32,000 nt of DNA, from NCBI RefSeq assembly GCF_000300075.1, contig NC_018677.1, positions 300,001-332,000 on the forward strand. The letters are read 5' to 3'. Within the stretch, counting starts at the first letter, position 1; each line of letters opens with the position of its first letter. A model generated the notes under the pieces. It saw nothing but the letters and a program-made list of their open reading frames with translations. It ran no database searches and was not told the DNA's origin. This document shows, in pieces, positions 26,002 through 32,000 of the stretch. The translations under genes were made by a program, and so were the position numbers. The DNA comes from Candidatus Saccharimonadota bacterium. Its GTDB lineage: Bacteria; Pseudomonadota; Gammaproteobacteria; Johnevansiales; Johnevansiaceae.

Positions 26002-27012
26002 TTATATTACTTTTTCATTTGTCAATTCACATTTAAAATACGCGTAATACATAGGAGCAGCTATTAAACCTGAAAAACCAAATGCTGCATCAAAAAATAA
26101 CATAGCAAATAATAATTCCCATGCATTTGAGTTAATACGCAAACCTATGATACGAGCATTTAAAAAATATTCTAATTTATGAATAGCTATTAAATAAGTA
26201 AGTGCTATAACTGCAGTCCACAAAGATACTGAAAGTGATACAATAAAAATCAATATATTCGAAATAAGATTTCCTATTAAAGGTATTAACCCCATTATGA
26301 ATGTAATTAATATTAACGTTTTTGTTAACGGTATATACACATTTAAACAAGGTGCACAGATTAATAATAAAATAGAACTTAACAATGTATTAACTAAAGA
26401 TATTTTTAGTTGTGCAAAAACTACGTTATGAAAAGCGTTACTTAAAGTAATAGATCTTTGTAATAAAGCATAAGTTAACGGAGTAAGTGATTTAATATCA
26501 GGAATATCCTGTAAAGCAATTATTGCTCCTAAAATCATACCTGATAATAATGAAAAACAAGTATGAATGGCACATCCAAAAACAAATTGAAGTTCGTTTA
26601 CATGCTTATATATCAATTCATTTATAATTTGACTTAATTCATCTGCACTTTCTGGTAAATAAATGACAACACTATGCGGCAATTGATGTCTAGCTTTATC
26701 AAAAATTAACATATATCTTTGAATTAAATTATCAGGTGTTTTTATGTCTTGTAAAATAAAACTAATAACTGTAAAAAAAAATAAACTTAAAATAGTTACT
26801 ATACTGGCTCCTAATAAAACTACTGAACTTAATCTGGCTTTATTTACTGGGATTAATGTTTGTAACAAAGGTGTAATTGCCTTAACTAATTCAAATACAA
26901 ATAAACCAGATAATAAACAAGGTAAAAGATGCAAAGGAAAGATTAATAACAAACCCATAAAATAAATTAATAAACTTATAACGGTAGCTCTTGTCAACAT
27001 ATAATTGTTCAT
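26002..27012 (-). CDS. Integral membrane protein, probably an AI-2E / PerM (UPF0118) family permease
   Basis: 336 aa with multiple hydrophobic spans. The C-terminal pattern (LIPLIGNLISNI...; GFSGLIAAPMY) resembles the AI-2E family. The family call rests on pattern memory only. Confidence 0.5.
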   Translation of the reverse strand: MNNYMLTRATVISLLIYFMGLLLIFPLHLLPCLLSGLFVFELVKAITPLLQTLIPVNKARLSSVVLLGASIVTILSLFFFTVISFILQDIKTPDNLIQRYMLIFDKARHQLPHSVVIYLPESADELSQIINELIYKHVNELQFVFGCAIHTCFSLLSGMILGAIIALQDIPDIKSLTPLTYALLQRSITLSNAFHNVVFAQLKISLVNTLLSSILLLICAPCLNVYIPLTKTLILITFIMGLIPLIGNLISNILIFIVSLSVSLWTAVIALTYLIAIHKLEYFLNARIIGLRINSNAWELLFAMLFFDAAFGFSGLIAAPMYYAYFKCELTNEKVI

Positions 27013-27018
27013 AAAGAT

Positions 27019-27963
27019 TCAATTTTTAAAATAAAGAGGGTATTTGTTTTTACAATGAGAAACTAATATATCTCTATATTTTTTTGGTTCTTTATGTCTT
27101 AAATTATGAGTAACAGGAAAAATATTTTTAACTAATAAACGAGAAATCCAATATCTCAAAGCTGTTAACCGTAACATTTTTGGCAAAATATATACTTCTT
27201 CCTTTGTAAAAGGCCGTTCAAGAACATAATGATTTAATATTGCTTTATATTTATCTTCTAAAAGATTCCCATGTTGATCACTACACCAATCATTTATTAA
27301 AATTGCTAAATCAAAAATTAAATCCCCTGTACATCCATTGTAAAAATCTATTAACCCACAAATATTGTTACCATTAAATAATGTATTGTCTCTAAACAAA
27401 TCACCATGCAGAATACCTTGTGGTAAGTTTGTTACTATATGTTTTAATAAATAAATTTGATTAAACATTAACTCTTGATCTTCTTTAGTTAATAAAGATA
27501 TTACTTTATAGTAATTTAAAACAATCCAATTAATATCTCTTAAATTTTGTTTTTTTAATTTAAATTTATTAGAAATAGAATGTAATCTTCCCAAAGTTTT
27601 ACCTATAATAGAACATTGTTCAATATTTTGTGTTCTTGGGTGTATACCATACAACTTAGGAAACAATAAAGCATGTTTACCAGATAACTTTTTTATTATT
27701 ATATTATTTTTATCAATTAAAGGCATTGCTATTGGTAAACAATGTTCATAAAGAAATTTTAATAAGTCTATAAACCCCGTTAAATCCTTATAAGAACCTT
27801 GTTCAAATAAGGTTAATACAAACTTTTTAGTTTCTGTTTGAATAAAAAATGTTGAATTTTCTGTTCCTTGTTTTACTTCTTTAAATTTTATTTGTTTTTT
27901 TATATTAAAACTTTTTAAAAATAAACTTAATTTTTGTTTTTTTATTTTAGTAAATACAGCCAT
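27019..27963 (-). CDS. thrB: Homoserine kinase, APH-fold (Pseudomonas-type ThrB)
   Basis: N-terminus MAVFTKI...GTENSTFFI...FVLTLFE and catalytic HGDLFRDNTLF, paralleling Pseudomonas-type ThrB as I remember it. Confidence 0.75.
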   Translation of the reverse strand: MAVFTKIKKQKLSLFLKSFNIKKQIKFKEVKQGTENSTFFIQTETKKFVLTLFEQGSYKDLTGFIDLLKFLYEHCLPIAMPLIDKNNIIIKKLSGKHALLFPKLYGIHPRTQNIEQCSIIGKTLGRLHSISNKFKLKKQNLRDINWIVLNYYKVISLLTKEDQELMFNQIYLLKHIVTNLPQGILHGDLFRDNTLFNGNNICGLIDFYNGCTGDLIFDLAILINDWCSDQHGNLLEDKYKAILNHYVLERPFTKEEVYILPKMLRLTALRYWISRLLVKNIFPVTHNLRHKEPKKYRDILVSHCKNKYPLYFKN

Positions 27964-27970
27964 ATAATAT

Positions 27971-29014
27971 TTACTTTAATATATATTTAATCGTTTCTAT
28001 TAAATAATTCATTTGTTGTATAGTTCCTATTGATATGCGTATATATTTTTTTATATTATTAAAATATCTTAATAAAATACCATGATTGCGTAATTTAATA
28101 AACATTGTTTTTGCTGATATATTATTTGGTTTAACTAACATAAAATTAGCTTTAGACGGCAAAACAGTAAAACCAACATCTTTTAATTGCTTTGATAAAG
28201 TTTCACGTATATAAATAATATAATTACAAATTTTTTTTAAATACTTAATGTCTTTAATTGCTTCAATAGCTATTAATTCACTAATAACATCAATAGGATA
28301 TGAATTAAATGAATTTTTAACTTTTTCTAATCCTTTTATTAAATAAGTAGATCCTATAGCAAAACCAATTCTTATCCCAGCTAAACTATAAGCTTTTGAT
28401 AAAGTGTTTACAATTAATAAATTTTTATATTTTTTTATCAGTGGTATTGCACTTTCAGAACCAAATTTTATATATGCTTCATCTATTAAAACTACATATT
28501 CATTATGTATATCAAGCAACTTGTTAACTTCTATATAAGAGATTGCATGACCTGTAGGTGTATTAGGATTAGCAAAGATTATACCTCCATTACTGATATT
28601 CATTTTCTTTAAATTTATTTCAAATTTGTTTTGCAATGGTATTGTTTTATATCTTATATTATACAACTTACAGTAAACTGGGTAAAAACTATAAGTTATC
28701 GTTGGCATTAATAATGGTAATTTCTGACAAAAAAACGTCATAAAAGCTAACGCTAATACTTCATCTGAGCCATTACCAATAAAGATTTGTTCAGATTTAA
28801 CATTATATACTTTTGCAATAATTTTTCTAAGCTTACTAGTTGTTGGATCAGGATAAAGTCTTAATTTATAATAATTAAAATTTTTTAATAACTTATTTAT
28901 TTTAGGAGTAGGAGGATAAGGATTTTCATTTGTATTTAATTTAATCATTTTTTTATATGGTTGTTCACCAGGTGTATATGGATGTAATTTATTAATTTTA
29001 TAACTCATTCTCAT
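27971..29014 (-). CDS. hisC: Histidinol-phosphate aminotransferase
   Basis: NTNENPYPP and the PLP-lysine region TLSKAYSLAGIRIGFAIG. Confidence 0.9.
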   Translation of the reverse strand: MRMSYKINKLHPYTPGEQPYKKMIKLNTNENPYPPTPKINKLLKNFNYYKLRLYPDPTTSKLRKIIAKVYNVKSEQIFIGNGSDEVLALAFMTFFCQKLPLLMPTITYSFYPVYCKLYNIRYKTIPLQNKFEINLKKMNISNGGIIFANPNTPTGHAISYIEVNKLLDIHNEYVVLIDEAYIKFGSESAIPLIKKYKNLLIVNTLSKAYSLAGIRIGFAIGSTYLIKGLEKVKNSFNSYPIDVISELIAIEAIKDIKYLKKICNYIIYIRETLSKQLKDVGFTVLPSKANFMLVKPNNISAKTMFIKLRNHGILLRYFNNIKKYIRISIGTIQQMNYLIETIKYILK

Positions 29015-29025
29015 TTTATGTTACC

Positions 29026-29799
29026 TTAAAATCTAACAGAAATTCCTTTTTTTGCCATATATTTTTTAGCTTTATCAATTGTATATTCACCAAAATGAAA
29101 TATACTAGCTGCTAAAACAGCATCTGCTTTACCTGTTTTTATGCCTTCAACAAAATGATCTAAATTACCAACTCCTCCTGAAGCTATAATTGGTACGTTA
29201 ACTCTTTGACTAATAGTTTTAATAAGATTAATATCAAAGCCTCTTTTAGTTCCATCTCTATCAATGCTAGTAATTAATAATTCACCTGCTCCATATTTAA
29301 CCATTTTACAGGCCCAATCTATTGCACTAATACCACTATTTTTTCTGCCTCCATAAGTTAAAACTTCCCAATCTTCTTTTATATTTTTATTTGTTTTTCG
29401 TTTGGCATCTATAGCTACTACTATGCATTGACTCCCAAATTTATCAGATGCTTCACGCACTATTTTTGGATTTAATACAGCAGCAGTATTTATTGAAATT
29501 TTATCAGCTCCTGCATTCAGTAATTCTCTAATGTTCTTACAAGTTTTTATTCCGCCTCCTACAGTTAATGGTATAAAAATTTCATTTGCTATTTTCTTAA
29601 CTACTTCTATAGTATTATTTTTTCCACTATAACTTGCTTTTATATCTAATAATGCGATTTCATCTGCCTTTTGTTCGTTATAAAACTTAGCAATTTTTAA
29701 AGGATCGCCTGCATAACGAGTGTTTTCAAACTTTATACCTTTTACTACTTTTCCACAATCAATATCCAAGCATGGAATTATACGTTTAGACAAGCTCAT
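29026..29799 (-). CDS. hisF: Imidazole glycerol phosphate synthase, cyclase subunit
   Basis: [36 protein letters not shown]. Confidence 0.93.
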   Translation of the reverse strand: MSLSKRIIPCLDIDCGKVVKGIKFENTRYAGDPLKIAKFYNEQKADEIALLDIKASYSGKNNTIEVVKKIANEIFIPLTVGGGIKTCKNIRELLNAGADKISINTAAVLNPKIVREASDKFGSQCIVVAIDAKRKTNKNIKEDWEVLTYGGRKNSGISAIDWACKMVKYGAGELLITSIDRDGTKRGFDINLIKTISQRVNVPIIASGGVGNLDHFVEGIKTGKADAVLAASIFHFGEYTIDKAKKYMAKKGISVRF

Positions 29800-29828
29800 A
29801 TAAAATAAAACCTATTTTTTTTATTATT

Positions 29829-30545
29829 TTAAATTAATAGTGCTTTATATAAATCTATTTTACCTTCATAAAAAGCACGACCTATAATAGTTCCTAATAT
29901 AAAAGTGTTTTTATTTGTTTTTAAATTTACTATATCAAATACATTATTTAATCCCCCTGACGCAATTATTGGTATTTTGGCGAAATTAGCTAATTTAATT
30001 GTTTTTTTTAGATTTAATCCTTGCATCATACCATCTCTAGAAATGTCTGTATATATTATTGAGCTGATACCACAATTAGAAACGTTTTTTGCTAACTCTG
30101 TAGATTTTATATTTGCTATTTTTTTCCAACCATCTATAGCAACATATCCCTTATATGAATCTATACTTAAAATAATATGTTTACCAAATTTTTTACATAG
30201 ATTATATAATCTATGTGGTTTTTTTATTGCTAATGTACCTATGATTACATATTTTATACCAACATCTAAATATTTTTTTATTGTGGCACTATTTCTAATA
30301 CCCCCACCTATTTGTAAAATCAAATTAGGATAATGTTTAATAAGTTTGTTTATAATATATTTATTTACTGGCTCTCCTAAAACCGCACCATTTAAATCTA
30401 TTACATGCAATCTTTTTATACCTATTTTTACAAATCTTTGTACAACTTTTAAAGGATCACCATAATCTGTAGTTTTATACATACGTCCTTGTTTTAATCT
30501 TACACATTTACCATTTTTTAAATCTATAGCCGGTATTATTAGCAT
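29829..30545 (-). CDS. hisA: ProFAR isomerase
   Basis: IIPAIDLKNGKCVRLKQG, QIGGGIR, IIASGG. Lies upstream of hisF. Confidence 0.9.
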   Translation of the reverse strand: MLIIPAIDLKNGKCVRLKQGRMYKTTDYGDPLKVVQRFVKIGIKRLHVIDLNGAVLGEPVNKYIINKLIKHYPNLILQIGGGIRNSATIKKYLDVGIKYVIIGTLAIKKPHRLYNLCKKFGKHIILSIDSYKGYVAIDGWKKIANIKSTELAKNVSNCGISSIIYTDISRDGMMQGLNLKKTIKLANFAKIPIIASGGLNNVFDIVNLKTNKNTFILGTIIGRAFYEGKIDLYKALLI

Positions 30546-31543
30546 TACTTATCTCTTTTTTCCATATTTTTCTTAATAACATACCTATTAGAAACTTTTT
30601 CTCTCTAATATTGAGTTTACAATACATACTGCTTGACCTTCTTTTACTCTAACTTTCTTTTACCAATATTTTTTTTCATACACACAACCCTTTTTCCTAC
30701 TTCTACAACTAGTCTTTCTTCTAACAAATACACTAACAATATTCAACCATTTTTATACCCCTACAACCACCACCACCAATACCAACACTTATTTTTACAT
30801 CCTTTTACCGTTTATATACCCCTTTTACACCAATACCAACCCTTAACTATTACCTCCTAACCGCTAACCGCAAACACCAACCACTTAACATATATTCTTT
30901 TTAACCAAAACTATTAACAACTATCCTCAAACCTATACCTATACGCTTTTTACAATACAAGCATTACAACCATCTTTGAATCCTATTCTTTTACCACGAA
31001 CTAAACAGCTTTAAGACCTATTAACTAAACATATATTGTACCGCCTACTTTTCCTCATACAGCATATTACCTTGTTTTTTTTGTTTTACATTATACAGCC
31101 CTTACCACGAACTAACTAGCTAACAAAAATATAATAACTAATAACATACAGCTTAGTTTAACATCATACATTTCCTCTTAAACACTTCAATTAAAGCACA
31201 TAACAAATTAGCCACAATTAAACAGAAATCAAATACTATAAAACACAAATCTAATACTATAAAACAAGCACATCTGCTAACAACAAACCCACAACACATT
31301 TAATCCATTGATCATAAATATAGAAGCATAAACAACAAAACATCAAACCAAAAATCACACAACCCATAAATAAAAACATTATTATCAACAAAACAACATT
31401 TAGCCATTACAATTTTCCTATTTTTTTTTAATAATACATAAACAAACTAACAAAATACTAAAGACATAAACAACACAAAAACCTTTTTTATTGTCCTTTT
31501 TCTTTCATTTAACACCTTTTTCAGCAAACACAATTTCTTTTGC

Positions 31544-31634
31544 CTAACAGCTAACAGCTAACAGCTAACAGCAAACAGCAAACAGCTAACAGCTAACAGC
31601 TAACAACTAACAACTAACAACTAACAACTAACAA
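31544..31634. repeat. 13-unit phase-locked heptamer array (CTAACAG)x4 (CAAACAG)x2 (CTAACAG)x3 (CTAACAA)x4
   Basis: Units read at 31544+7k without a phase break. Confidence 0.95.
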
Positions 31635-32000
31635 GCAAATGTTTTTACATACAATATCTTCTTTTAGTATATATATTCTTTTTTTTATATAACTCCTTTC
31701 TGCTTACTGTAAACATTTATCAGCATACACATAACATCTTAATATCTTCCCATTAACACCTCTTAACATTTAGATCTATATCTTAACCTTTACTACTTTT
31801 TTTTCACTTACTATATAACCTTCTACTTACTTTTCTATAATACTTTAGCCTTACTGCCTATACCTTACAATCTTTAGCATTCCACCATTCTCTTATACTT
31901 TTATATAACCTTTCACCTTTTACCTTTATGAACCTACCTTTAGCCTTATCTTCCTGTTACCACAGAACCTGCTACAGCAAATACACACCACTTTTTTATT

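Noticed and set aside
30633-30860. 75-aa + strand ORF upstream of hisA
   Set aside because: It lies in the G-poor spacer. The product is T/P/L/F/H/Q low complexity, there is no ribosome-binding site, and there is no family resemblance.

Overview
This is extremely AT-rich, tightly packed bacterial DNA with the look of a highly reduced obligate insect endosymbiont. The genes are housekeeping plus essential-amino-acid and carotenoid biosynthesis. In order: tRNA-Lys, trpE-trpG-trpD-trpC, tRNA-Asn, tRNA-Met, rplY, prs, prfA, a coupled minus-strand string gatC-gatA-gatB-crtI-crtB-crtY, hisG, rplM-rpsI, RNase P RNA, rsmH, mutS, tRNA-Thr, an AI-2E-type permease, an APH-type homoserine kinase, hisC, hisF and hisA. 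The combination of gatCAB joined to crtIBY, trp/his/thr pathways and very low GC matches what I remember of Candidatus Portiera aleyrodidarum, the whitefly primary symbiont. It fits best the Bemisia tabaci lineage, which was reported to have expanded, repeat-rich spacers. That is recognition from memory, not a search result. I see no transposase, integrase, CRISPR, defence, toxin or secretion genes, and no novel multi-gene protein system. The unusual content is non-coding. Five spacers (1-476, 4669-6037, 18316-20352, 22903-25922, 30546-32000) make up about 8.4 kb of 32 kb, while every other gene junction is between -14 and about +64 nt. These spacers contain many tandem arrays, mostly of 7-nt units, several holding an unbroken phase for 50-200 nt, in which blocks of 2-4 identical units differ from neighbouring blocks by 1-3 substitutions. 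They also show extreme strand asymmetry: G+T-rich and C-poor on the + strand left of about 20 kb, A+C-rich and G-poor to the right. The switch lies immediately upstream of an apparently intact mutS, which is flanked by the same heptamer families in opposite orientation. Further oddities are tRNAs and RNase P RNA embedded almost without gaps in mRNA operons, a G-poor low-complexity in-frame expansion inside rsmH, a (CCCTTT)n G-quadruplex-competent tract, and a compositionally distinct island with 22-31 nt iteron-like direct repeats.
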